Source: Mobula hypostoma (lineage: Eukaryota). Taken from it: a stretch of 64,000 bases of DNA. Position numbers and translations under genes: made by a program. Below are positions 1-11,785 of the stretch, piece by piece. Positions within the stretch are counted from its first letter, which is position 1. Each line of letters begins with the position of its first letter. Below the pieces are notes generated by a model, which was not told the origin of the DNA, did not search any database, and saw only the letters and a program-made list of their open reading frames with translations. The stretch lies in NCBI RefSeq assembly GCF_963921235.1, contig NC_086097.1:92692001-92756000 (forward strand), written 5' to 3'.

Positions 1-1259
1 TGTTCTGAAATGTTTCAGACCACGCACAAGAGAGTTAGTCATATTTGTCATTGAGTCAAAGAATGAGTTATTTGGACACGATCAAAGGTCGACTGTATGT
101 CTTAAGCCACAGCGACAGAAGGAAAGAGGTAGCAAAGAAGAGGAACGTAGGAATGGTACTCCATGGTTTGGATTGTAGGCTGCCAAAGGCACAGGCACAG
201 TGAAAATCAGAAGCAGTTGAAGGCTAAGAGGACACAGACCTTGGAGGATAGTAGATGATTATCAGGATCGGCAAAGAAATGGGGAACGTTCCTTTTCTGA
301 TCATAATAACCTCCTGTAGGGCACCACAGTGAAATGAGGAAAGTGGATAGGCATTTAAACAAAAATTAAACTTCATGGTGAAAACGGCACTCCTAAGGGA
401 AAACATTCCGTGTAATGATAAAACACAGGCACACAGACTCCAGAACAAGAGAGTCACAGAGAGAGAAGGAAATGAGGGGATAGAGGGCAGGATCGTGAAT
501 GCTAAAACATATAAATATATGGAAGCAGATAAAGGGAAAAAAAGATGATTTAAAGGAAAAGCACCGCAAAACAATACTATGGAATGTTGAAAACTACAGG
601 ATAACAGAGAGAAGTGAATCAATTCACTAGACACACAGAGGGAGTATCACGTAGGGCTAAGAAGAAAACAGCTCATGTGTGGATGAAATCATTTCCATCA
701 GAAGCCGACAAGGGAACAGATGTATTTATGAGTAAAGGGCCAGATTCATTTAATGGCGAATAGACATTTATCTAACAACAATCATGATAAAATTAGTTCA
801 AAAGAAGTCAAAAGGAAGTAGTAAAGCTGACAGTTTTAAGGGAAGCCGACGTTAAGCACTGAGAAAGAGAATCTCTGGAGTAAGCTGGCAAGTTCTGCTA
901 ATGCATAAAACTGCAATGGAGCAGTTCACAATATGAAATGGAACCAGTTTATACCCCAAGGGCAAAATCTTTACTTGCCCAAAAAAACATGAAACAATTT
1001 AAAGTAAAAATACATAGAAAACCAAAAATCAGTGTGGTCATTGGAAGTGACAAAACACAATAAAAACTACAAAATGAGAAACAAAAACAGAACAAATGCA
1101 AATGATATCTTGTGTTAAGAAAAAAATGGCCCAGAAGCCTGGTCCCTTAAAAGTGGATAGTGGTGCTTTGGAAATGAAAAGTAAGCACTTGGCATCAACA
1201 TTCACAATAGAGAAGGAAGAAATCAAATACGGAATTGATTGGGACTAGCCACAATCACT

Positions 1260-1641
1260 GTTCGTTCGTTATGCACCGTGTCATATGATGTAGGCAATCT
1301 TGGACTTTCCATGATCATAATAGTTCTTGGCAAATTTTTCTACTTTAGAGGTTTGCAATTGCCTTCTCTGGTCGAGTCTTTACAAGACGGGTGACCCCAG
1401 CCATTACCAATACTCTTCAGAGATGGACTGCCTGGCGTCAGTGGTTGCATGACCAGGACTTGTGATATGCACCAACTGCTCATACAACCATCCACCACCT
1501 GCTCCCATGGCTTTGTGCGACCCTGATTGGGGGGGGGGCTAAGCAGGTGCTACACCTTTCCCAAGAGTGACCTGCAGGCTGGTGGAGAGGAGGAGTGCCT
1601 TACACCTCCTATGGTAGACACATACCTCCTCCGCACCACCC
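1260..1641 (-). mobile_element. RTE-derived SINE-like element
   Basis: Reverse complement aligns by eye to 51043-51420. Contains GAAGGCAATTGCAAACC...TTTGCCAAGAA, resembling the conserved RTE/Bov-A motif, and has a (GAAC)n-like tail. Confidence 0.6.
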
Positions 1642-2444
1642 GCAAAATCATCAGAAGGCAAAAAAAATAGCAGAAAAGTAGAATTAGTTGCACAAAAGGA
1701 TGACAAATCCCCAGGACTGTTACTTTTAATTCCATGATCCAGAGGTAGTTAAGAATGTTGCAGAAGCATAATCTTCCAAAACTAAAACAGAAAATGCTGC
1801 AAATATTTGCAGAAGTCATTGACATGTAATGCTAGTTCTCTTTACATAGATGCTGCCTGACGTATTGAATATTTCTCACACTCGCAGTTTTAAGTTTCAG
1901 ATTTCCAGTAACCTTATCACAATGCTTTTATAAGCTTCCAAACTTGTCTCAATTTGGGATCCGTTCATTTGGATGGGAAAATTTCACTCTTTAGATTATT
2001 TAGCATAAAGTCCATTTCTAGGAAATAACCGGAGTCTATAATTAAGCATGGAGAGCACTAAACACATTGAAAATTATTGACTGATCAAGCAGATCTAGTA
2101 CCAATCAATGATACAGCATGCCCAATTAATCTAATTTCATTTTTGAACAGGTCTGAAATAGGAGACAAAAGATTGACATTATTTCTGTGGATTAAAGTTC
2201 CTTGCGAAAGACTTACGGAGCTGATGGATAAAGATTGACCTGTTTGCAAAATTACTGCAGCAGCAAAAGACAGCCGAGGTAAGGGGCCAATAATCAAATC
2301 ATTGGGATGCTGCTAGTGACTCACAAGGACCAACGTTTGGATGCAACTAACAATCTTATGACAGACTAATGGACAGGAAGCTGCATAACCGGGTGTGTCA
2401 GTGACAAATACTAGTCGCACTGTAAACAACATAGAAGACATTAA

Positions 2445-2575
2445 CACGAGAAAATCTGCCGTTGCTGGGAATCCAAAGCAACACACAAAATGCTGGAGGA
2501 ACTCAGCAGGTCAGGTAGCATCTATGGAATAGAGTAAACAGTTGACATTTCAAAACAGAGATTCTTCATCAGGAA
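2445..2575 (-). mobile_element. Penelope-like element 3' fragment with degenerate hammerhead motif
   Basis: Same family as 59043-59672. Minus strand reads tcCTGATGAagaatctctgttttGAAAtgtcaactg. Confidence 0.7.
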
Positions 2576-2877
2576 AACACTATTACACTTCAAAAAGCTC
2601 AAACAAGTGAGGGAAGAGGAAAGCTAAAACAAATAGATTTCAATCAAGTAATTGTGAGGTCGTCCATTTTAGACCCAAGGAAGAAAAGAACAGAATACTT
2701 GTTCAACACTGAAAAGTTAGAAACAGGAAGATCCAAAGAGACTTGGACTTCACATACATGGTTATTAGAACTGCATTTAAAGACATAGAAAATAATCAAA
2801 AAGGGTGAATGGACTTCTGGCTTTTATTTCTTGGGGAATGGACAGCAAAGGGGCAAATGCTATGTGTCAGCGGTACA

Positions 2878-2936
2878 AGTCGGTAAAGCATCAGACTTTT
2901 AATCTGAGGGTCCAGGGTCCAAATCCCTGTCGAGCG
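2878..2936 (+). pseudogene. 5'-truncated tRNA-Lys(UUU) pseudogene
   Basis: agtcggtaaagcatcagacTTTtaatctgagggtccagggtccaaatccctgtcgagcg matches vertebrate tRNA-Lys-TTT from the D-loop onward. The 5' acceptor strand is missing and the T-loop/B box is mutated (GTCCAAA). Confidence 0.85.
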
Positions 2937-3067
2937 CTGGCTTTATGTCACAACATTATATACCCATGTAAATTTCAATTCCAAAATCATAGCTGATCAT
3001 ATCTAAAATTTCAAAGGTCATTGTTGATAATGTTTATTAATATGTAAGTTCTATAAAAATAATTTTT

Positions 3068-3340
3068 GGGCACCACGGTAGTGTAGTGGTTAGCTTAATG
3101 CCTCATAGTACCAGCAACCCGGGTTCATTTCCCACTGCTGCCTGAACGGAGTTTGGACGTTCTCCCTGTGACTGCGTTGGTTTCCTCCCACAAACCAAAG
3201 ACGTACTGGTTGGTAGGTTAATTGGTTGTCGTAAATTGTCATGTGATCAGGCCAGGGTTAAATCGGGGGTCGCTGGGCTGCGCTGTTCGAAGTGTCGGAA
3301 GGGCCTACTCTGCACTGTACCTCAATAAATACAAAAAAAA
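3068..3340 (+). mobile_element. V-SINE (HE1-like tRNA-derived SINE)
   Basis: tRNA-like head (gtagtgtagtggttagc A-box, gggttcatttccc B-box), V-domain ggagtttggacgttctccctgtg...tttcctcccaca, CR1-like tail gaagggcctactctgcactgta, aataaa plus A-run. Confidence 0.8.
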
Positions 3341-3819
3341 TACATGTCATGGTATATGTCAGTTAGCAATTTGTCAATAAGAAGCATCTTCATTGATCTT
3401 CAGACCTCACTTGATGACTTGCACTCATCATCCACAAAGAGTAGACCATGGAGAGAAAAAGAAACAATCGACTTTCCACTTCAGTGGCCCACTTATGATA
3501 GATGTCCTTAGACCTTCCCTGTCACCCTGAGACAAGCAAATACTCTGCATCATGATCTCATGTGTTTGTTACATCACCTTCACATTACACAAACATAAAC
3601 CCAGGAACTTCTTTAACTTGGCCCAAAAACCAACAGAAATCTGACCTTGATTTAGAGGAAATTTAAAAGAGTTCATTTCTAAAGGGACTAGGAACATAAA
3701 AATAATCTTGAAATTACTTTGCAGTATTTGCTCCAGGGAACAAAAACAATCATTTCCCACTCAAGCACACACAGGCTGATAAGAAAAAGACTGACTTCAC
3801 ATGCATAGAATCAAGTGCG

Positions 3820-4075
3820 TCAGCTGTGACTTAGTGATACCACCCTTTCAAAGATGACCAAGGAAGTACACTCCAGAGTCCTAGCCAACATAGATCTCTT
3901 AAACCCTAACACTAAAACCAATTATGTGGTCACTTTTATGTCGCTGTATTGTGGGAGCCTGTTTTCCAGAAACTGCTTGCTCTTTTGGCTATATTACAAT
4001 GGTGGCTGCAGTTTGGGACTGGCTGTTGTGCACTTCTTATAATCATACAGTTACTAGGGGTGCATCCTTTATATG
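3820..4075 (+). mobile_element. Decayed Deu-domain SINE (SacSINE1/AmnSINE-like)
   Basis: gtcctagccaacat...aattatgtggtc...tgtgggagcc...tattacaa resembles the clearer copy at 60010-60340. Confidence 0.5.
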
Positions 4076-4284
4076 TAGTCAGCATAAATTAAACACATAA
4101 CTCTGAGTTAAATGCTTGTAATTAAAAACCCACCCTGAAGTTACCCCACTGTCCCCAGAAGAGTGCTGGCTCTTTTATATGCCAATTTCTATCTGCCCAT
4201 CTCAATGGGATGCATGGTTTACTAAGTTCCATTCTGTTTCACTCCCTCACCTATCAACGCTTGACTGTGACACAATCTTATACA

Positions 4285-4740
4285 TAAAAATAGAGAATGC
4301 TGGAAAACATTTAGAAGGTCAGGCAGCATCTATGGAGAGTGAAGCAGTTAATGTTCCAAGACCAGGACCCTTCTTTACAACTGGACAGGAGAGAACACAG
4401 GCTGGCTTTCGGTAGCAGAGAAGGTGGAGAGGTGCAAATAGAACAAAGGGAACATCTCTGACAGGATGAAACGAAGTGAGTTAATGTAGCAATTAGTATA
4501 GCAACGCATTATACACAAAGAAGGTAACACATTATGCACAAAAGATTCCAACTGAAGAAACATGTTTCATCTCATTCCATTAGCAAGGTTCCCTTTGTTC
4601 TACCCACTTTTCTTCCATCTTCCCTGCATTTGAAAACTAATTTCCTTACTCTCTTTTACTTCCCATTCCACAGATGCTGCTTGACCTGCTAAGTGCTTCC
4701 AGCACTTCTGGTTTTTATTTCAGATTTTCCGCATCTGTAA
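4285..4740. mobile_element. Old Penelope-derived fold-back remnant
   Basis: gaatgctggaaaaca...aggtcaggcagcatctatgga on the left is inverted relative to cacagatgctgcttgacctgct...ccagcac on the right. Confidence 0.6.
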
Positions 4741-4975
4741 TGTTTTTGATCTACAAGCCAATGTGATACAGTTTATAGGTCTCAAGGTGTCAAAGAAGGT
4801 TAAACATAGGTCAGCACAACCAAATGTGGATGAATGGGTTGGGGGGGAGCACAAACGGGAAGGCTACAAGAGCAGATCAAGGTCCTGGATGGGAGGTTGG
4901 GGAACAGTTAACTTTTCAATATTTATTAAATATATACACTCTAGTACAAACCGACACGTGTTTTAAGGACATTAC

Positions 4976-5176
4976 TTTAATAACATCCACGCGAGCAACA
5001 TCTGTATCTGCTTTCTTATCTTCCTTGGACTTGGCTTTCTCGCTTTGCTTCATTTTTGATTCTTCCTCATCATCCTCCTCTTCATCGTCATCATCATCAT
5101 CCTCCTCTGTTTCATTAGGCCGAAGGGGAAACACTGATGATCCCAAGTACCAGCAGAAGGTCCTGTCGAGACATTC
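4976..5176 (-). CDS. RPAP1: RPAP1 internal coding exon (201 nt, phase 0) with acidic D/E tract
   Basis: tttttcctacag|GAA TGT...ATT AAA|gtaatg. Translates ECLDRTFCWYLGSSVFPLRPNETEEDDDDDDEEEDDEEESKMKQSEKAKSKEDKKADTDVARVDVIK, continuing in frame from the previous exon (..SDE|ECLDRTF..). Confidence 0.93.
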
Positions 5177-5859
5177 CTGTAGGAAAAAATGCTCCTGGTT
5201 ATTACATCCAAGAATTGTTTGGAGAAATATAATGTACAATGGTCACTGATTGACAATCTATCTTCAGACATAGGCCACGTCATACATTAACAGGGTGAGA
5301 GGAAGATGAATGAATGACCACCACAGAAAGATGGCACAAGTTATCGCTAAGGAAAAAGCAACTCTATCTCTCCTTAATATAAAAACGCAGATATATGTCA
5401 TGGGCAGTTCAGGATAGGCTGGTAAAGAGAGCTGAAGTTCATCACCTTACAGTTCAATAAGGTCACCCTTTCATGCTGATAAAACCTACTGATAAAACAT
5501 CTTTGATCTGAAGCATCAAATCTTCCTCACTCTCTGCAGATGCTGTCACAGCTGTTCTCATTTCCGACTGCAAAAACTGCAACATTTGCTTGCTGAATCT
5601 CTGATTATGGTTGAACTAGCATGGAATGCTAAATAATGCACATGCTGAAAATCTGAAATAGAAACAGGAAGTGCTCGACATACTCAGCAAATGCAGTAGC
5701 ATCTACAAAGTAAAACATTATTAACGTTTCAAGTGTCCTGGACAAGTTACTGGAGATTTTATCCTCCTTCCTCCACACTCCCATCAATGGCTTTGTCAGT
5801 ACACACTTGGTTCCCTGCAGTCTCACACCAAGCAGAAGGCTGTTTCATAACACTAGATG

Positions 5860-8110
5860 GAGGGACTTCCGGTAGCGCTCATGGAGTGAAGTCGCGTTCT
5901 TGACTCGCTCCATTACCTCTGAGTTTTTTTTCCCTATGGTCAGCTATACTTTAATTAACCATTAAGGCATCAACTCTTACAATACTTTGAATTAAACTGA
6001 ATTCTCCGACAACTGGATGAAACTTAGATCTGCTATGTCTAAGAACGGGAAAAACGGCAAGGATGGTAAACCTCCGGTTAAACCGAAAGGTACGGATCTC
6101 CCCCCGACTGAATCACCGGTGACTTTGAAGGCTATATCGGAGTTAATTCAGAGGGAAATTTCAACCTCTGTTAGGGAGATGATTCGTACGGAAATTGCAG
6201 ACTCTGTTAAAGACCTGATTCATATGGAAATCTCAACTAATCTCCAGAAAATTGCCAATTCAATTGATAAGATGCAAACATTTATTGCGGAACATCAGTC
6301 GGCTATATCTGATCTTCAAACATTCGCGCAACAAAGTGAGCTTAAGATGGGGAAAATCGAAGAAACAATTAATGTAATGAAGAAGAAACTTGACTTTCTG
6401 ACTTTTAAAAACTCTGACTTGGAATCTAGAATGCGACGGCAGAATTTACGAATGATTGGGGTGCGGGAAGCTGTGGAATCTAATAACCCCATGAAGTATT
6501 TTTCTCAACTTTTAAAAGATGCATTCCCTACTGTATTTCCTGACCAACCACCGCTACTGGATCGTGTTCACAGAATCCCATCATACTCGTCTAGGTCAGA
6601 TAGACCTAGGCATGTTATCTTACGTTTTCATTACTTTCAAGACAAGGAGAGACTGTTTCGATTCGCTCGATCTAAAGGTTTCATTGATGTTTCGGATCTT
6701 AAGTTCCGATTCGTGGAAGATTTCAGTAAACCAATCTGGGACCAACGGGTTCGCTACAGATCTGTGATGTCGGAATTCTATAAGATGGATTTAAGACCAG
6801 CGTTGCTGTACCCTGCACGTTTAAGGATTCGCATGTCAGATGGAGTCCTTCGTTTTTTTGATTCTCCATCGGATGCCCAGAGTTATCTGGATCAACGTTC
6901 ACCTTCAACATCTTAATTGCTATTTTTTTTAATTATCTCCGTTGATCGGAGGCTGTGAATTGGTTGGTTTTAACTTTTTCATGCCCTATTTGGGCAGAAA
7001 AGTTTATTTTTGATTTCTTAATATGGTTGCTAAACTTTCTTTTCAACTGCGTCATTTCTTTCTTTTTCCAGGGGATTCTGGGTGGTTACTTCCTTTTTGT
7101 CATCTTACGTATTTCCTGTGTGGCCTTAAATTTTGTAGTTTTTTTTTAAATTTTATTCTGTTTTGCTTTTTATAACCACTTTATGTCAATAATCTTATTT
7201 TTTCTTGTTGCTGTGTTTATTCATGGGTTTGGGGTTTATTGTGGTTTTTTTTTAATATATATTTTCTGGCTTTTGTTCTGTTGTGTGTGTATTTTAATTG
7301 AGCTACCTTTTTTTTACTTTTTTACTGTTTTACAATTAGCTGATCTTTTTCATATTTATACCTGTTTTTAGGGAGCGTATACCGGAAGTCATGGGGGTAG
7401 TTTTAGCGCTTGCTTCTTTCGGGCGGGTCTGCTTTAGATTTTGCCTTGGGGTCTTGGGGTGGGGGGTGGTGGGAGGGGCTTCACGTTTTAGTTTGTTTCT
7501 CTTTGGGCTATATACATTATTGAAGTACTGGTTGCGTCCTTTTTCCCGGTATCTTTCGTATGTTCTGTTTCCTCTCCGGGTTTGTGGGTCGAGCCTATCG
7601 TCAATCCTCCTTGTTGTGGGTTGACTTTAGGATTTATGGAGTCTATTATTAATTTTGTCTCCTGGAATACTAATGGTCTTAATCATCCTACTAAAAGGAA
7701 AAAAGTTTTTAAAGTGTTCTGGAGACTTAAAGCACAAATTTTATTTTTACAAGAGACCCATGTACGGAGGGGGGACAGACTACGTTTTTTTAAATTCTGG
7801 AAGGAACAATTTCATTCGAACTCCAATGCTAAGGTTCGAGGCGTCTCTATTTTTATAGATTCCTCAGTTACTTTTATACAACAGGATATTATTTCTGATC
7901 CGAATGGTAGATTTTTATTGGTTAGTGGTTTACTATTTAATAAAAAAGTAGTTTTGGTTAATGTTTATGCTCCTAATATGGATTGTCCGGAATTTTATAA
8001 ATCATTGTTTAATCAGTTTCCGAATTTGAACGAGTTTTCATTGATCTGGGGCGGAGATATTAATACCTGTTTGTCTCCAGCTTTGGACCGTTCGGCTCCT
8101 TTACGGACCA
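5860..8110 (+). mobile_element. L1-clade LINE, 5' portion only (5'UTR, ORF1, T-rich inter-ORF region, start of ORF2)
   Basis: 5' end gagggacttccggt, intact ORF1, about 720 nt T-rich spacer, then APE endonuclease. Similarity stops after LSPALDRS. Confidence 0.9.
6017..6916 (+). CDS. L1 ORF1p (coiled coil, RRM, CTD), uninterrupted 299 aa
   Basis: Motifs DLESRMRRQNLRMIGVRE, LDRVHRI, RPRHVILRFHYFQDKE, FVEDFS, LLYPARLRI, FDSPSDA are typical of vertebrate L1 ORF1p. Confidence 0.92.
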   Translation: MKLRSAMSKNGKNGKDGKPPVKPKGTDLPPTESPVTLKAISELIQREISTSVREMIRTEIADSVKDLIHMEISTNLQKIANSIDKMQTFIAEHQSAISDLQTFAQQSELKMGKIEETINVMKKKLDFLTFKNSDLESRMRRQNLRMIGVREAVESNNPMKYFSQLLKDAFPTVFPDQPPLLDRVHRIPSYSSRSDRPRHVILRFHYFQDKERLFRFARSKGFIDVSDLKFRFVEDFSKPIWDQRVRYRSVMSEFYKMDLRPALLYPARLRIRMSDGVLRFFDSPSDAQSYLDQRSPSTS

Positions 8111-8151
8111 TAACACTAGATGATCCTCAACTATCCGACTCCTTTGCTTAA
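7636..8151 (+). pseudogene. L1 ORF2 apurinic endonuclease domain, 3'-truncated
   Basis: SWNTNGLN, FLQETH, DPNGRF, VNVYAPN, IWGGDIN motifs. No RT domain follows. Confidence 0.9.
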
Positions 8152-8329
8152 TACAAACAGAAAGCTAATATGAACTAAGATGTGCTAGCAATATATGGCG
8201 ATGTTTTGCAGGAAGCTTTAGATATTACTATCGCTGCAATCTGTAGCCTGCTATTTCATTTTAAGTTACATAACATAATCTAAACAAACCAACAATTTTT
8301 TATCTCCTGAAGAATTCAGCAGACTTGAT

Positions 8330-10090
8330 TCTTAGGAATGCAGGTACAGCACCTTTAAGCAGAGGAGGGTCTATCGCCATGGCCCAAAGAAGGGAAGGAG
8401 GGGAAGACTCCAAGCATCTGATGTGATGTCCCTTTATTTCCTTGAATGCTCTTTCACAACTTTCCGACCATTCCCACTTTGTCCCTGTTTGCAACAATGG
8501 GTCAATGGGTACTGCACTGTAGCAATGTTTGGGAGAAACCGGTGGTAGTAGCTTACAAGGCCCAAGTATGACCTGAGTTGTGACACATTTTCCAGCTTAG
8601 TTGCCTGCAGCACTGCTTCAATCTTCTCTTGTGACATATGTAAGCCATGCTTGTCAATGACATGTCTACAATATGAGAATTCATTCTTGAAAAACTCACA
8701 TTTCTCTCTCTTTGCCCGCAGACTACACTCACTCAGTCTGGTAAGCACTTTACCAAAGTTCTGGAGGTGCTTTTCATCATTCTTGCCTGTCACAATGGTG
8801 TCATCAAGGTAACATTGTGTTCCTGGGATATCCTGGGGCACTTGGTCCATTGCTCTTTGCCAATTTGTTGGAGTTGATGCGACACCAAAGACAAGATGAT
8901 TATACTGGAACAGACCCTTGTGAGTGTTGATTGTAAGGAACTTCCTGCTTGACTCCCCAATCTCCATTTGCAGATAGGCTTGTGGCAAGTCAATCTTTCA
9001 AATTCGGTCACTTAATGCATTTGATTAGTTTTACGTGTGAAACTTTTCACTCGGTGTGGTTTTTCTCTTAGGTGGTGTTTTTTATCTGCCTTGCACGCTC
9101 TCTCTATGTGACCTTGTCTGTGACATTTTCTGCAAGCTTTTTCTTTGAACCAACAATCATTCGCATTATGGAAGGATTTACCATATAGATAATATTTTTG
9201 GGTTTTTTTGCACCATTCAGGGACGTTTTGTGCATTTCACATTCTAACCTCTTTTTCTGTAGTTCTGCATCCTTTGCTGCAGTCTCTAATGATATTACAA
9301 TGAACAACATTTGTTCTAACATTAGATCTCTTTTTGACAGTAACCTCTTTTAAGTGCTTTGACTATGCATGCTACATACAAGCCTGTCCCTTAATACATC
9401 AGAAAGCTCATTTCCAAAATCACAGTACTAGGAAAGTTTGCACAGTTCTGCAATGTATTCCCAAATGTTTTCATCCTTTGACTGGTTCCTTTTGTAAAAT
9501 CTAAATCTCTCAGCTATTAGCAGAGGATTAGGGCTCAAGTGATTTTGTAAAATTGTAACAATTTCATCCAACGTTTTGCTTTCTGGCTTTTCAGGAATTA
9601 CTTGTTTGCTTAAGAGACTGTACGTTCTAGCACCCATTAAGCTCAGAAGCGTAGGGACTTTCTTCTGCTCATCCACATCATTTGCTTTACAATACAGTTC
9701 AACCCTCTCGATGTACAACTCCCAGCCTTCATTAGCACCATTGAATTTGTCAACTTTCCTGACTGAAGCCATCGCCATGTTGTTTTCACTTTTAACTTTG
9801 CTAGTTGCATGTCTCTCAGTGTGTACTATGTATTGTACTCACACGTCCCTTTGTTAGCGTCCTTGACAGTTTCTGTACTGTTTAACTCTTGCTGTTGGTG
9901 CAGTTGGTGATATTCTCTGACGTTCAGGTTCGTCCTCATCGCCAATTTGTTCTGTTTGTACAACTACATATCAATTGAGTAAAAGCAAGCATGCGGGAGA
10001 TGACTTTAACTGGTGTACTCACATTGAAGCGAGGGAGAGAAAGAATGATGTGCATGCATAGGCAACAGATCAATCTGCATGCGTAGACAA
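8330..10090 (-). mobile_element. Degenerate Gypsy/Ty3 LTR retrotransposon (5' LTR end, PBS, gag, RT), internally and 3' deleted
   Basis: gag ORF 9428-9778 (LIAERFRFYKRNQ..E), zinc-knuckle remnant near 9095-9185 (HNANDC..CRKCHRQGHIERAC), RT ORF 8434-8988 (AYLQ, TINTHKGLFQY..L.FG, YLDD, LRSYLGL). I see no protease, RNase H or integrase. Confidence 0.88.
9933..9944 (-). promoter_or_regulatory. Primer-binding site (tRNA-Ser-like) of the Gypsy element
   Basis: Minus strand ...aACA aat TGGCGATGAGGA: an LTR end CA followed by a sequence complementary to a tRNA 3' end (TGGCGACGAGGA type with one CpG transition). Confidence 0.7.
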
Positions 10091-10129
10091 CAGTCCATAT
10101 GTAGTGCTAAGTGGAGTCATTGCTTTAAA

Positions 10130-11785
10130 AGAAATAGATCCAAGGACAACAAAGAGGTGATCACCAGCAGCTGCGGACTGCTTCAAGTCGGTGGACTGGG
10201 CCACGTTCAAGGAATACATCACAGTTGTCACGGACTTTACAAAGTCAGTCATGGACAAATACAGCCCCACAAAATTATTCAGTCTTCCCCAACTAGAAGC
10301 CCTGGATGAACCAAAAGATCTGTAATCTGCTAAGCGCCACATCAGTGGCTTTCTGGTCAAAGGATCAAGTAAAATACAAAAGGTTCAGTTATGACCTCCA
10401 AAAAGCCATCTCAAATGTGAAGTGGCAATTCTGGATCAAACTTGAATCAAAGAAGAATGCTCAACAGCTGTGGCAAGGCTTGAAAATTATCACCCCCTAC
10501 AAACTAAAACAAAACTACAAACAAACTACTGTATGCGTGACAACAAAGTTTCACTCCCAGATAAACTCAACGTCTTTTATGCTCCTTTTGACTGACAAAA
10601 CACGAGAAAACTTCATGAATTTCCTCAGCCCCCGACAACCCTGTAATTTCCATCTCTGAGGACGATGTGACAGCATCCTTCAGAAGGAAGAACCCACGGA
10701 AAGCATCTGGTCCAAATGGTGTACCTGGCCAAGTACTGGAGACCTGTGCTAATCAACTGGCTGGAGTGTTCACTGTTATCTTTAACCTCTCGTTTCAACA
10801 GTCTGAGGCCTCAGACAGGCTTCAATCTCCTCCACAATCACCATCAGCACAAGTGCATCACAAGGCTGTGTGCTTAGCTCCCTGCTCTACTCATTTTACA
10901 CTTATGACAGTGAGGCTAAGCTCAGCTCCAATGCCAGATTCAAGTTTGCTGACAACACCACTGTCATAGGCCAAATCAAAAGTGGTGACACATCAGCATA
11001 CAGGAGGGAGATCGAAAAGGTTGGCTGAATGGTGCCACAACAACAACCTCTTGCACAATGTCAGCTGATTAATGACTACAAGAGGAGGAAACTGGAGGCC
11101 CGTGAGCCAGCTCTCATCAAGGGATTACAGGTGGATTGAGTCAGCAACTTTAAATTCCTCAGTGTTATCATTTCTGGGTACAGTACTTAAGTAGTATTAC
11201 AAAGAAGACACCTCTATTTCCTTAGAAGTTTTGTGAAGATTTGGCATGTCATCTAAAACTCTGACAAACTTCTACAGATGCACAGTGGAGAGTATACCGA
11301 CTGGTTGCATCATGGTCTGATATGGGAACACCAGTATCCTTGAATGGAAAATCTTCCCTACCATTAAGCACATCTACAAGAAGCACTGTCACAGGAAAGC
11401 AGCATCCATCATCAAGGACCTCCACAATGCAGGCATACTCTCTTCTCACTGCTGCCATCAGGAAGGAGGTACAGAAGCCCAAGGACTCACACCATCAGGT
11501 TCAGCCTCTTGAAAGGGAGTGGATAACTTCACTCACCCCAACAATGAACTAATTCCACACCCGATGAACTCAATTTCAAAGACTCTACAACTCATGCTCT
11601 CGATATTTAATTCCTATTTTTTTCTTTTTTATATTTGCAAAATCTGTTGTCTTTTGCACACTGGTTGTTTCTCTGTTGTGAGCAGTTTTCCATTGATTCT
11701 ATAGTGAATGCTTGCAAGAAAATGAATAGGGTAGTATATAGTGACATATATGTACTTAGATAATAAGATTACTTTGAACTTTGAA
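10130..11785 (+). mobile_element. Rex1/Babar-like LINE, decayed with internal deletions
   Basis: NPRKASGPNGVPGQVLETCANQLAGVFTVIFNLS, aagtttgctgac (KFAD), NFYRCTVESI-like segment, (TTTGAAC)n tail. Confidence 0.8.

Larger units (their letters stand above)
300..2860 (+). mobile_element. Very old, fragmented CR1-type LINE (ORF2 remnants) interrupted by younger repeats
   Basis: Decayed CR1 motifs: ttggcatcaacattcacaatagag (FASxFT-like), gacaaatccccaggac (DKSPG), NGLLAFISWGM in ORF 2805-2996. Boundaries approximate. Confidence 0.5.

Noticed and set aside
224..634. 136-aa hydrophobic minus-strand ORF
   Set aside because: Antisense of purine-rich decayed repeat sequence, with no motif support.
4824..5249. 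141-aa plus-strand ORF with poly-Ser run
   Set aside because: It is the antisense reading of the RPAP1 acidic exon.
8140..8300. Possible 3' LTR of the Gypsy element
   Set aside because: I could not match it to the 5' LTR candidate at about 9948-10090, and there is no clear polypurine tract.
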